Source: a bacterium
Lineage (GTDB): Bacteria; Hinthialibacterota; Hinthialibacteria; Hinthialibacterales; Hinthialibacteraceae
Assembly: GCA_963662285.2 (NCBI GenBank)
Contig: CAXXMV010000004.1
Location: 32,001 to 96,000, forward strand
DNA: 64,000 nucleotides
Reading direction: 5' to 3'
Shown: in pieces, positions 51,955-62,800 of the stretch
How positions within the stretch are numbered: the first letter of the stretch is position 1
Layout of the letters: each line of letters begins with the position of its first letter
Position numbers and translations under genes: made by a program
The notes under the pieces: generated by a model
What the model was told of the DNA's origin: nothing
Seen by the model: the letters and a program-made list of their open reading frames with translations, nothing else
Databases searched by the model: none

Positions 51955-52911
51955 TTATCCCAACCATTTTTTGGCGTGAGCCACGTTATAACGGGTGTCT
52001 TCGATAAATTTGTCTTTACGGCCGCTTTCTTCGATGCAGTACCATTTGTCGTAACCGATATCTTTGCATGATTTGGCGACTCTGCCCCAATCGATATCCG
52101 AGTTGGGAGAGTCAAAGCGGGTTACGTCTTTGCCATTGTCTTTCAGGTGAATTTCGCAGATGCGGTCGTTGCCCAGCAGCTTGATTTCGCCGGGGACGTC
52201 GTAACCATTGCTCCATGAATTGGCGATATCATAGTAAACCTGTACTATTGGAGAACCGACCCGCTCGATAATTTCCAGGTTTTGTTTGGCGGTGATAGTG
52301 TTTTCGAGACCGATAGCCACGCCAGCATCTTCAGCGCGCGGTGCGATTTGCCTTAATACCTCAACCACGCGGGTTATTTTGCTGGAATCCAGTTCATACT
52401 CTTTGAATTGACCATCGCTGATGTTACGTGTTTTTCCCATGGCGTCTTTGGCTTTGAGGTCGCCATTACCGAAGAAAGCGGTCAGAATGTTCTTGGCGCC
52501 CAATGCGGCGGCGGCTTCGATGGCGTCAATAACATAAACAGCTGACTGAGGTTCAGTGGCCAGTGGAATACTGTTGAGGATGCTTCCGGCGGCTACTGAG
52601 TGGATGGTGAAATCGTATTTTTTGCATAATTCTTTGTATTTATCCCGGACTGATTTTTCACGCAGGGGCGCGTTATCCGGAGAAGTGGCGACGCTGGCTT
52701 GCATGCCGCGTAAATGAGCTTCTACCGCGCGGGGGATGACTTCTGGTCGGCAGTTACCGCCGCGATTGTTTTCATCCCTGACATTCCAGTCGCACATGCC
52801 AATTTTGAAATCTGATTTGGATTCAGAACTCCAGGCGTTTGCTCCAAGCAATCCGAAGGCGGTGAGACCGAATCCGGCGGTGCGTAAAAAGTCTCGTCTT
52901 TCAAGCGTCAT
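51955..52911 (-). CDS. Tat-exported sugar phosphate isomerase/epimerase (AP endonuclease 2 TIM barrel)
   Basis: ERRDFL Tat motif; GLEN, YYDIAN, IHLKD, YCIEE. Confidence 0.9.
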   Translation of the reverse strand: MTLERRDFLRTAGFGLTAFGLLGANAWSSESKSDFKIGMCDWNVRDENNRGGNCRPEVIPRAVEAHLRGMQASVATSPDNAPLREKSVRDKYKELCKKYDFTIHSVAAGSILNSIPLATEPQSAVYVIDAIEAAAALGAKNILTAFFGNGDLKAKDAMGKTRNISDGQFKEYELDSSKITRVVEVLRQIAPRAEDAGVAIGLENTITAKQNLEIIERVGSPIVQVYYDIANSWSNGYDVPGEIKLLGNDRICEIHLKDNGKDVTRFDSPNSDIDWGRVAKSCKDIGYDKWYCIEESGRKDKFIEDTRYNVAHAKKWLG

Positions 52912-53203
52912 GATACCAAACTCCTTATTTTATAAAAATTATTCATAACTAAAGTAATTATCAGAATCATGTTTATTTCAATATAATGGGTATTATTTAT
53001 GGTAATGTAAAGAGGAAACAGGATTATAGATGTTGCTGCGTGTATGCCGGGAATGAAAGCCATTATTGAGACATTGATCCATGATTTAACCTTCATGTCA
53101 TATTAAACGCATTAATATTAGCAGATTATTATGGGATGATGTTCTAGGGGCTAGAGTTATGGGCATGATGCGTCTAAAATTGCCTCTGAAATATAGTATC
53201 AGC

Positions 53204-53280
53204 CGGGGCGTAGCGCAGTCTGGTAGCGTACCTGAATGGGGTTCAGGTGGTCGATGGTTCGAATCCATTCGCCCCGACCA
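53204..53280 (+). tRNA. tRNA-Pro(GGG)
   Basis: CGGGGCG acceptor stem pairs with CGCCCCG; anticodon loop ATGGGGT; GGTTCGAATCC T-loop; encoded CCA. Confidence 0.97.
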
Positions 53281-53437
53281 TTTCTAACTTTAACCTTCCC
53301 AGTGATTTACGGAAACGCTTAAACTCGACCATTTCACTCAATTACTCCTCAAAAATCCCAAATCGTGCAATTCATGCAATTTTCTTTCTAAGCGCCTGTA
53401 GAATTTAGAATTATGACATTCTTTTTGGGAGTATTTA

Positions 53438-53575
53438 CGAGTTCCGCTCCGATTGCCAAGCCCGGATATCCTCATCAATAAAGGCCGTGACTTTTTAACG
53501 GTAAAACATAATCAACCGCTTCCATTGATTCCCATGATAATTACGCTCGGTGATGGACTGAGGCGAATGCCCAAT
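53438..53575 (-). pseudogene. C-terminal remnant of a tyrosine recombinase/integrase
   Basis: Minus-strand translation IGHSPQSITERNY...FYR*KV... resembles the LGH-x5-T-x2-Y catalytic box; internal stop; cut off by the IS at 53577. Confidence 0.5.
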
Positions 53576-53576
53576 A

Positions 53577-54315
53577 TCAGACCTCCTGAGCTCACCCGTG
53601 GTTTGCGCGGGATTTTGTTAGGATACTGGTTGGAAGGATAATCATCCAGAGATTGAGGGAATCTCCAGTGCGTGAGGTAGTTAAAAAAATGCCGCAGACC
53701 TTATTGCCTTTATTCACATCAGGCGAAGGATTCATGTCCTAGTTGATCTCCTATCAAAAAAAAGATGGATCGGTATACTCCTTTCATGCCGGATTACCGG
53801 TTTTCAGTCATGGGGAAACCGACCTGAAAAGTTTCCGCATGTTCACCAGTCAGCTGACGGTCAGTGGAGTGTGCCGCCAAGTTGACATCGTTAGAGCCTT
53901 TGGCATCAGCGTCATCAGTATGAAGCGATGGGTCAAGAAATACCGCGAGGAAGGCCCGGAATTATTCTTCAAAACTCCGCACCGACTCAGCGAACAATTG
54001 CTCAATGCGATTAAAATGATCGTCTATCGGGCGGAGACGGCCATGGCGATGATTGTGCGAACGCAATTGGCCCGAAGCGACGATGCCCGCTCATTGATCC
54101 GGGAAATATTAGCGGCGGATGCGGATATCATTCCGGATGAGGAAAACAAAACCTTAACGGTGCAGTTGCACCATTTGACCAACCACCTATCGGATCAAGC
54201 CGCCCGCAACTTCGCAGCTAATCTCAACGCCGCAGAAACCATCTACCCCGGCGCGGACTTGCGACTAATCTACAAACTGGTATCGGATGAAATTCCACCA
54301 GATCAGGAAGTCTGA
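53577..54315 (+). mobile_element. Internally deleted IS remnant (739 bp)
   Basis: Terminal inverted repeats TCAGAC[C/T]TCCTGA[G/T]CT; frame from ATG 53689 (MPQTLLPLF...*LISYQ) carries an HTH N-terminus joined to a transposase-like C-terminus (AIKMIVYRAET...IYPG). Confidence 0.7.
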
Positions 54316-54397
54316 AATTATACTTGCATTCTCCACACCCTCACCCTGTACTCCTCATTTCTAACTTTTTTTTATTCGATTTTTTGCCGGTGCATCA

Positions 54398-56431
54398 TTA
54401 ATAGACGCGCCAGTTGGAAACGTTGGTAGTAATCGGACCCGTTAGTTTATAGATCGTCCATTGCGAGGCGTCTAGCGTTTCTAATAAGATTAATAATGAA
54501 TGTGAATCAGCGGGGAAAATGCCCTGAATTGTATATCCATCCACGGCTTGAGCGATATCAATAGGGCCGCTTGAGGTATACCAGGTTAAACGATCCGCGC
54601 TCGAAACGCTTTCATGAACTACAATGAATTCATCTTCACTGCAGGAAAGTATATTATTGCCAAAAACTTTTATCTTCGTATTACCGGAAAACAATGGGAT
54701 GGTTGAGAATCCATCCTGTAAAACTATAAGTTCACCCAAAATCGGTTTAAGCGCGGATCCCTGTAGTGGGTCGCCCCAATTCACGAAATCCGTTACCTTG
54801 TTTGCCTGGCTATCTGGATTGTATAAGTTAAGTTCGTCTAGCATTCCATAAACATCCCGGTTTATATCGTTTGGACCGGATGGATCCCCCCAATAATTGT
54901 GTTGAAAGTCAGCCACTTTTTGTGATTCCATGAATACGCCGAAATTAACATTATTATAGATATCGCTTTGGTTTACATTGACTGTTCCCTGGGTTGATAT
55001 AATGACTCCAGCATTTTTACATTCAGTAATTAGAAGGCTGTCACCGGTAAAAGAATGTTGCTCGACAATTTGAATCCCATTGACTTCTGAGTTTTTGATG
55101 GAGGAACGTAACATATCGGTACGACCCATTCCCAATAACACTAGGCTTACTGATTGGTCGTTCGTAAATATGCAGTCTTGAATAGTCGTGGTTTCCGGCG
55201 TACTGGATTGCGATACCACGGAGGTGATATTGTTATCAAATCGACAGTTTTTAATCGTTGCGGAACGATCCAGATAGATTCCGTTACCGCACAAATAGAT
55301 ATTGCAATGATCGACAGGGATGGCGCTGTGCAGTTCCAAAACTCCATGAGTATTTTGACCTCCAGCCCCACAGCGGAAGACTGCATTTGTAACCGAGCCA
55401 CTGCTTCCTTCATTGTATACAACATGCGACCATTGCATCCATTCCGCTTTTGTCTGGTCTCCATCACCATTTGTATCGCCCGCGATTTCGTCGTCTTGAA
55501 GCGAAGTGAAAACAATCTTTTCCGTATCGGAACCGTTTATATGCAGTTCGTCGTTTACAGCAATTCCAAAGACGGATTTAATTTGGATTCCAGGCTGAAA
55601 GACGACTCGCACATTATCATTGGTTTTATCCTCATCGCCAACGTTCAAAGACCATGAGTTATAAAGAAGAATGCCGAGATTGGGGACGTCGCCCGATTGC
55701 GTGAAAGTTCCACTAACTTCTATGACGTCCCAGTGATTATTTTGCAGGGTCAGGTTGGTAAAAGTAGATGTGATAAGGTTATTGGGGTAGGCGGCCATAG
55801 AAATAGCGCTGTTGGTTTTGCAGTTTTCTATCGTACAATTGCTTATATGACTGTTTGTTGTATCTCCAAATTGTATGCCGTGTCCGTAATTTTCTCGAAA
55901 TTGTAAATTGTTTAATACTCCGTCACCGGCGAGATACACTCCGGACGTAGCGCTCAATTCAAAGATGGAATCCTCTACTGTGATGCTGCCCATATTGTAA
56001 ATCATTCCCGGAACGAACTGTCCCCCTCCACCGTAGCGGAAGACGGCGTGGGTTATTGTCCCCTGGCTTCCGGGTTGGAATAACAAATAACTCCATTCAC
56101 CCCTTTGAGGCGTATCGCCCTGTCCTTCGATTCGCTCACCAATCGTATCGTTCCAACTCGTGAAAATGACTGGATTGTCGCTAGATCCTTGGATGTTTAA
56201 AGTACCCTGTATTTCGAAACCAGTCATTTTTATTATGGCGCCTGCTTGAATGGTCAACGTTTTCCCTTCAGGTACCAGAATCCCTCCATGATAGGTACCG
56301 GCAGTCAACGGTCCGCTGATTCCATCAGGATTGCCGTCATAAACGGCTCCACCGATTGTTGTATAAGCGACGGCTTGTTGAGTGAAGAAAAAAAGGGCGA
56401 GTAATAAAAAAACCAGGAAGAAACGATTCAT
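54398..56431 (-). CDS. Secreted right-handed parallel beta-helix protein with C-terminal VxxWxxY motif
   Basis: Signal peptide ending AVA|Y; LTIQAGAIIK, GSSDNPVIFTS, NYWGDPSGP; ends TTNVSNWRVY. Confidence 0.85.
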   Translation of the reverse strand: MNRFFLVFLLLALFFFTQQAVAYTTIGGAVYDGNPDGISGPLTAGTYHGGILVPEGKTLTIQAGAIIKMTGFEIQGTLNIQGSSDNPVIFTSWNDTIGERIEGQGDTPQRGEWSYLLFQPGSQGTITHAVFRYGGGGQFVPGMIYNMGSITVEDSIFELSATSGVYLAGDGVLNNLQFRENYGHGIQFGDTTNSHISNCTIENCKTNSAISMAAYPNNLITSTFTNLTLQNNHWDVIEVSGTFTQSGDVPNLGILLYNSWSLNVGDEDKTNDNVRVVFQPGIQIKSVFGIAVNDELHINGSDTEKIVFTSLQDDEIAGDTNGDGDQTKAEWMQWSHVVYNEGSSGSVTNAVFRCGAGGQNTHGVLELHSAIPVDHCNIYLCGNGIYLDRSATIKNCRFDNNITSVVSQSSTPETTTIQDCIFTNDQSVSLVLLGMGRTDMLRSSIKNSEVNGIQIVEQHSFTGDSLLITECKNAGVIISTQGTVNVNQSDIYNNVNFGVFMESQKVADFQHNYWGDPSGPNDINRDVYGMLDELNLYNPDSQANKVTDFVNWGDPLQGSALKPILGELIVLQDGFSTIPLFSGNTKIKVFGNNILSCSEDEFIVVHESVSSADRLTWYTSSGPIDIAQAVDGYTIQGIFPADSHSLLILLETLDASQWTIYKLTGPITTNVSNWRVY

Positions 56432-56572
56432 GATACAACCTCCAATGGCAATTGTATCCCCCTAAAAAATGAAGAAAAAAAAGTCATTAAAATTATCTTA
56501 AATAATAATATCCAGGATTGTCAATATAAGTCAAGAGTATTTTTCGGACTTTTTAGAGATGCCAACGCGTGA

Positions 56573-56940
56573 TTAATCGACATAGGAATTGATGAGAGAG
56601 GGTATATCCAAGATGCGGGCCGCCTCCAACAAAGCGGCCGCCGCGCCATGGGAATAGGATTTGATGCGTTGTTTAATTGGAAATTTCCTGCAGCCTCTGA
56701 AGAAGGTCTTCGGTTTTACCCAGATAGGCCAAAACCACCGGCCGGGGTTTACCATTGACCCGCCGGGACTCGACAATATACCAATATTTATCTCCATGAG
56801 AAATTTTTGCTGTAAAGTAGCCACGATACTACCTCGTTCAGTGTATACAAAAAAAAGCCCATAAATATACCGTAACCACATATATATACAGTAGATTACA
56901 GCATCTCAAAACTGGAAAATCTCAAGTTTCGCAGTAAACT
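56573..56940 (-). pseudogene. Frameshifted 5' fragment of an IS1634-family transposase
   Basis: Across frames: MATLQQK / KYWYIVESRRVNGKPRPVVLAYLGK / KSYSHGA. Confidence 0.7.
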
Positions 56941-56944
56941 TCCC

Positions 56945-57570
56945 CTAGATGAACCGAAGATTCTTGGGATTTACTGTTAACGTCTCATCATGTCCATCAC
57001 GAATGAGTTCACTATGGCTGATGTTATCAGTCCAAGGTTCGACTCCAGCAGCTGGATAAATGTTGTTCCATCCTGCAAATGGCCGTTTGGCAGTATCAGC
57101 AATTGGCGTCCACTTGCCATCCAGATTATCTGCCAGGTAGGCCTTGTAGTACCTTCGACCATTTTTCTCAACAACTGTTAGATATTTATCCATTCCTTTG
57201 AGTTTGTATGAGTGACTGGCTTCGAAAATTTTTCCTTAAGGGCAAGTTTGAAATTTCTGAATCCATTCGGGAAATCTTCAAGTCGCGTCCACAGGCGCCA
57301 CATATTGCCGTACAAACTTGTAAGGAATAGATAGGCGCGCTGGTCATCATAGATAATCCAGTAGTCAAGACCGCCTACCTTTAGAGGATCCATTCTGCCA
57401 CCATCAAGAATTGGCATGGCCTGTGTCCATGAGTCAGGATTGGCGATATCCGATGTCGTAGAATAAGCAATCCATATCTTGTTCGCACCGGGTACACCCA
57501 TCTGGTAAACCAGGTAGCATTTCTGATGTGGTCTGAAGTGAAAAACCTGAGGAGCACCGTAATAGTTACT
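56945..57570 (-). pseudogene. GH62-like alpha-L-arabinofuranosidase pseudogene, truncated and frameshifted
   Basis: Fragments APQVFHFRP, LDYWIIYDD, FEASHSYKL and ISHSELIRDG across two frames. Confidence 0.8.
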
Positions 57571-57795
57571 TTTTTCTTAATGGCTTCAAAATATGTATAG
57601 GCGGATCTTATGCGGGCGGAGCAGGTTATTCGGTTTGGCGCCTGACGACATTGCGTAGCTTAGAGTTTGTTGATAAGAATTGTTGAACATTGTGGATAGA
57701 TAAAATCAATGCATGTACTAAAAGAGGGGCGCATGCATTGATTTTTTTATTTATAAGTTTAGCCGAGTGAGGCAAATTATTGTCTCTTCGCTATT

Positions 57796-57909
57796 TAGAG
57801 TAGTTTTCATAATAATGTTCTGATTGGCGATTCGAAAAATCCAGAAAAGATTGGCTTATTCGAAGACTAAAGGTGATAATAAACGAACATAATTTTGATA
57901 ATCGTTCTA
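57796..57909 (-). mobile_element. MITE-like repeat (114 bp)
   Basis: Ends read TAGAGTAGTTTTCATAATAA and TAGAACGATTATCAAAATTA inward; matches 19537-19658. Confidence 0.7.
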
Positions 57910-57942
57910 GTGATCAATTCAAATCAATATCTTTAAGGAATC

Positions 57943-57978
57943 AAAAAAAAACGCCCCATCAATAACTGATGGGGCGTT
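57943..57978 (-). terminator. Rho-independent terminator
   Basis: A-run followed by aacgccccatca-ataac-tgatggggcgtt. Confidence 0.85.
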
Positions 57979-58006
57979 CGTGTTTCTTTGTATATAATAA
58001 TTGTGT

Positions 58007-59422
58007 TTAAATGGAAAAGCCGTTGTGGTATTCGGGTTTGAGAAATGGTTCGGCTTTGTCAGTGTTGGTTGCTTTCATGTTTTCGCCATCCCAATAGAGC
58101 ATTTCGCCGGCGCCAATCGCAGCGTTGCCCAGCATCGCCATTTCTGTCAGGTATGCGCCGTACTCGAAGTTGGAACTCGCTGGATCGCCGCCTTTGCAAG
58201 CGTCAAGCCAATCGCGCATGTGGCCTTTTACACGTTTAATGGTTTTTGCCGGACGTTTATAATTTTCGTTCAACGAATGCGGCAGTAGAACCGGATCGCC
58301 CGCCCAGCCGGGACACATGATTTTTCCTTTGCTGCCGCAGAACAGAATGCCTTGTCCGTCGCCCACGAGTTCTTCATCCGGACCAAGTTCTTCCGGTTTT
58401 GGAGGATCCACTTCAGTGTACCAGGTCAACTTGACGGGAGGCATATTGCCGCGCGCCGGGAATTGATAATAGATCATGTATGCCAGCGGGAAGGTATACT
58501 TGGTGACGCCGTATTGCGTGGCCTGGACGGTTGTTGGTTGGCCCAGGTCAAGCGAATAAAATGCGGGATCGGCGTTGTGGCAGAAGAAATCGCCCATTGA
58601 GCCGGTTCCAAAATCCCACCAGCCGCGCCATACATAAGGGGTATAGTCGATATGATAAGGACGCTTCTTTGCGGGTCCAAGCCAGAGATCCCAATCCATG
58701 CCTTCAGGAACAGCCATCGCTTCTGTCGGGAAACCTTCGCGGCGTCCGACGCGCGCACGGCTTTTGGTCCAGGCGTGCACTTCAGTGACATCACCGATGG
58801 CGCCGTCGAGAATCCATTCTTTCGTGTTGCGGAGTCCTTCGCCGCTATGTCCCTGGTTGCCCAATTGTGTGGCGACGCCATTCTTCTTGGCGCATTCAAC
58901 GATTTTGCGGCATTCATATACCGTGCGCGCCAAAGGTTTTTCGCAGTAAACGTGTTTGCCGAGATTCATTGAATCGATCGCGATGACGGCGTGGGTGTGA
59001 TCGGGCGTCGCAATGACGCATGCATCGATATCCTTCTCTTTTTCGAGCATCTTACGATAATCGAGATAAACTTGGGGTTTTGGAATATTATCAGATTCGT
59101 AGCGTAAATTAACCATCTCTGCTGCCGGGCCGCGCCCCGCTTTGCCGCCGTAATAGAAGCGGCTGTAATCGTTGGCTTCGGTAACATCGCAAATCGCCTT
59201 AATCCGGCAATCGTTTTGACGCGTAATTTCTCTGGTATGCTGTAAGCCGCGGCCGCCAGTTCCGATCATGGCAATGTTTAACATGTCGCTTGGAGCGGTG
59301 TTTCCCTCTCCACCCAATACGTAGCGCGGGACAAACGCAATAGATGAAAGCGCCGCTGCATTCTTTAATACGGTGCGACGTGATATCTTGTTACTCGATT
59401 CTTTGTTCGTATTTGATTTCAT
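58007..59422 (-). CDS. Gfo/Idh/MocA oxidoreductase, Tat-exported
   Basis: SRRTVLK Tat motif; GTGGRG, TPDHTH, CEKP, WRGWWDFGTG; start placed at MKSNT. Confidence 0.92.
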   Translation of the reverse strand: MKSNTNKESSNKISRRTVLKNAAALSSIAFVPRYVLGGEGNTAPSDMLNIAMIGTGGRGLQHTREITRQNDCRIKAICDVTEANDYSRFYYGGKAGRGPAAEMVNLRYESDNIPKPQVYLDYRKMLEKEKDIDACVIATPDHTHAVIAIDSMNLGKHVYCEKPLARTVYECRKIVECAKKNGVATQLGNQGHSGEGLRNTKEWILDGAIGDVTEVHAWTKSRARVGRREGFPTEAMAVPEGMDWDLWLGPAKKRPYHIDYTPYVWRGWWDFGTGSMGDFFCHNADPAFYSLDLGQPTTVQATQYGVTKYTFPLAYMIYYQFPARGNMPPVKLTWYTEVDPPKPEELGPDEELVGDGQGILFCGSKGKIMCPGWAGDPVLLPHSLNENYKRPAKTIKRVKGHMRDWLDACKGGDPASSNFEYGAYLTEMAMLGNAAIGAGEMLYWDGENMKATNTDKAEPFLKPEYHNGFSI

Positions 59423-59854
59423 GGTGACCGTCTCCAAATATTTTATTAGAATGTCTATCGCAGAGCCAAAATACTTTCCGGGTAAGCGTGCTTGAAATTT
59501 TTTAGTTTTCAAAGGATACCCTTTTTACGAATGTAACTTATTTCCACTCTAACATTCGAGATTACTATAACCCGGGAAGAAAATAAACCTTAGTATTCAG
59601 GAAAATTCGATATTTAGGTTCGCGTAAAAGCCTTGTGTGAAAATTCTTCCGATAATTCAAGACTTTACAGGATTACTGATCAAGATGAGTTATTCCGGTT
59701 TTTGTGACTCGCAAATAATAGAACGTGTAGCGACCATGTGGTTTTGCTCCTTTCGTAACGATGTGGAAGACCACCTATACGGGGCAGTACAATCCGTCTA
59801 GCGGATGGAGACGCTCTACTTGAGATAGGATGTTCTTTTGGCCGCGGGATTCGC

Positions 59855-62800
59855 CTATTGGAGTTTTCCCCAGTTTTTGTTTGGTTTCGATCCCATTTCT
59901 AAAATGAGATTTCCACCTTTTAGCAGTTCTCGTGCAGGGAATTGGAATGTACTTAACGTTTCACCATTAAGAGTCGCGCTTTGTATATAGATATTTTTTC
60001 TCGAAGCATTTTTTGCTTCAATGGTAAACGTTTTTCCCCGGTTAAATTGCTCGCCTAAATCGATGGTTACTTTCTGGTATATTGGACTTCCTATTTCATA
60101 AATCGGATCAACGCGACACCCACCATCTGTTTGAAACAATCCCAGGGAGGCCATGATGAACCAGGCGCTCATTTGTCCCTGGTCTTCGTCGCCCAGATAG
60201 GCGTTGGATAATCCATAGCCGTAATAACGGTTTATGATTGCTCTACTCCATTTTTGGGTCAACCAGGGTTTTTCGACCCAGTTAAATAGAAAGGCAAAGT
60301 GCATAGACTGTTGATTTCCCTGGATGACAGGATAGTTCCAATACTGATCGTTTTTGCCATTGAATCGCGTTTTGTCGCTCTCGCCAAATCCCCAATCCAA
60401 ACGTTCAACAAAACGATCTTTGCCGATTATTTCAGCCAGGGCAGGGACATCCTGCGGAACAAAAAATGTTAATTGCCAGGCATTTCCTTCGACATAATGT
60501 TCGTTGGCGCCCGACTTGTATGGGTCGAAATCGGGCAGCCAATCGCCATTAGAATCTTTCATTCTCGCGTAACCGCTCTCTGCGTCTATTACATTTTTCC
60601 AGTAATAACCGCGTTCCGAAAAAGTTTTGTAATCCTTCTCTTTCCCCAAAGATTTAGCAAACTGGCCGACGGTCCAGTCATCAAAGGAATACTCCAGTGA
60701 ATTTGAAAATCGTCCCTTATCGTAGGGAACGTACTTATGTTTTAGATACGCTTCCAGGTTTCGATTTCCCGCATAGCCGCCGCCCACTATCTGACCGGGA
60801 GTGGTTTGCATTTTCTTCACGGCTTCAAAGGCTTTTTCGGCGTTGAATCCATTTATGCCCATTTGGTGTGCGCTTACAATCAAGGGTATTTCATGTTCGG
60901 CCACCATTACCGGAATGTACTCCATGCCAGCAGGGCCTTTGGCTAACCAGCCTCCTGCATCGTACATGGCCAATTGAGAATTCACCCAACGGTTACTCCA
61001 TTCAGGCGTGACCAGGTTCCAAAACTGATTGAGATTCCAAAAGGTGTTCCAGAAAGCATCGCACCCTAATGCGGGCGATTGGGGATCGCTCATCTGCCGG
61101 ACCTGTTCATCTGCGTCAACCCACTCGCCGTTAACATCACTGAAAGTATTGCGGCTGCACAGGGCGCGGTACATATTGGAGTAGAAGCGCATTTTCTCGC
61201 GCCGGTCGTTGGTTGAAATGGTGAGTCGGTTAAACAGTTCATTCCAGGTATTGAGACTATTTTGTCTCACCGCATTGAAGTTCCAGCCAAAAGTCTTGCT
61301 TATCTCCGCTTCCAGATTTTCCGATGCATTGTCTATACTCACATACGAGATCGCTGTGCGTAGTTGAACAATATTATTGTTAGCTGTGTCAAACTCAAAC
61401 CAGGCGCCGGCGTCTGAACATTTTCCGGTTTTGAGTAGGGCTTTATTTTTCTGGATACCATCCTCAGTCCATACCCCATGTTTCTTGATGGGGTGATCGA
61501 ATTCCACTACAAAATGAACTGTATATTCTTGAGAAATTCCTCCAGACCAAGTGTTGGGGGAGAGTTGCTTGCTATATCCTTCCACCCGCGTGTCACTGAT
61601 TTTTTGAATAAAGACTTCTTCTAATTTGTAACTATATTCCGCCGGGTTTTGCAGGTCGAGTAATATTCGTGATTCCTCTCTATCGGTCGGGAAGGTGTAA
61701 CGATGAAATCCTGCACGGGTGGTGGCGGTTAGTTCGGCGGTTATATCATAATCCGTTAATTCGGCTTTGTAATAACCGATAGGGGCTTCTTCGGTCTCCT
61801 TGTTTAATCTTGAACGATAGCCAGTATCGGGTTTTTTTTCATCGCCCACGGTTATGATCAGCTTACCGTTGGTTGGCATAATGGAAAGACCGCCCATGGT
61901 CCATTCGTGAATATGACTAAACCCTCCAATGGTTTCGAATATCGGATCGTAGCCTGCTTGCCAACCGCTGTTCTGGTTATCCGGGCTTAGTTTCACCATG
62001 CTGAAGGGCATCCAGGGGCCGGGCGCAATCATCCAGCGGGAGTGCGCCGTTCCCATTTTTGTATCGGCGTATTCTGCTAGAGTGATTATTTTTTGGGGAG
62101 ACCTATCCACCTTCCCTGACTGGATTGCCTTTCCATCAATTAGAATCGTGTACTTACTCTCTTTCGGGGAAGAAACTGCTGGCATGGGGGCCTCAAAAAC
62201 ATACCTCCCGGTTTCTATCGTAGTGGTGAAGATTTCTTCGTTATCTAAAAGCGCCTTTAGTTCCGGCGTTCCCGAAAGATGTTCAAGGTCAATCAGGAGT
62301 GGTTGAGCATTTCCGTTTTCACTTTTGATTTCGTAGTGCGCTGCGTTTACATCCCGCAGGAAAACAGGACCGTTTTTTCTCAATTTCGCATCCGCTGGAC
62401 CTTCCAGCCTGATTTGATCGAACATTAACCATGATCCCTGGATGGATGTCATGGAAACAGCGTTGCCGCCTCTTCTAATCAGTTTTTCTGGAAGGGGTAT
62501 TTTGATTAGATGTTCCTGTCCTTCGGCCAATTCGTCTTCTAATGTCTTGTTGCCTGAACCTTTGGGTAATTCAAATTTCCATGATTTCCCATTGAAGTTT
62601 ATTTTAAGAATTGGAGCATCTTCAGGATGGATATCATGAAGATCAACGACTAATGTCCAGTCGCCCTTTGACGGCTGTTCTTCAATGTCGAAGAGTATGG
62701 TTAAGGTGTGCGAACGCCATCCTGACGTGCCCCACGTTCCTCCCCATTTATCAGAAGGTCCGGGTAGAACATACGGCCAATCCTCTTTTTCTGAAGAGTA

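Noticed and set aside
57702-57745. 14-bp inverted repeat aaaatcaatgcatg/catgcattgatttt
   Set aside because: Single occurrence; cannot be distinguished among operator, terminator or IS debris
59595-59854. Possible IS-end remnant or leader peptide (minus-strand AAGGAG followed by MVATRSIICESQKPE)
   Set aside because: No second end, no transposase similarity and no recognisable riboswitch fold
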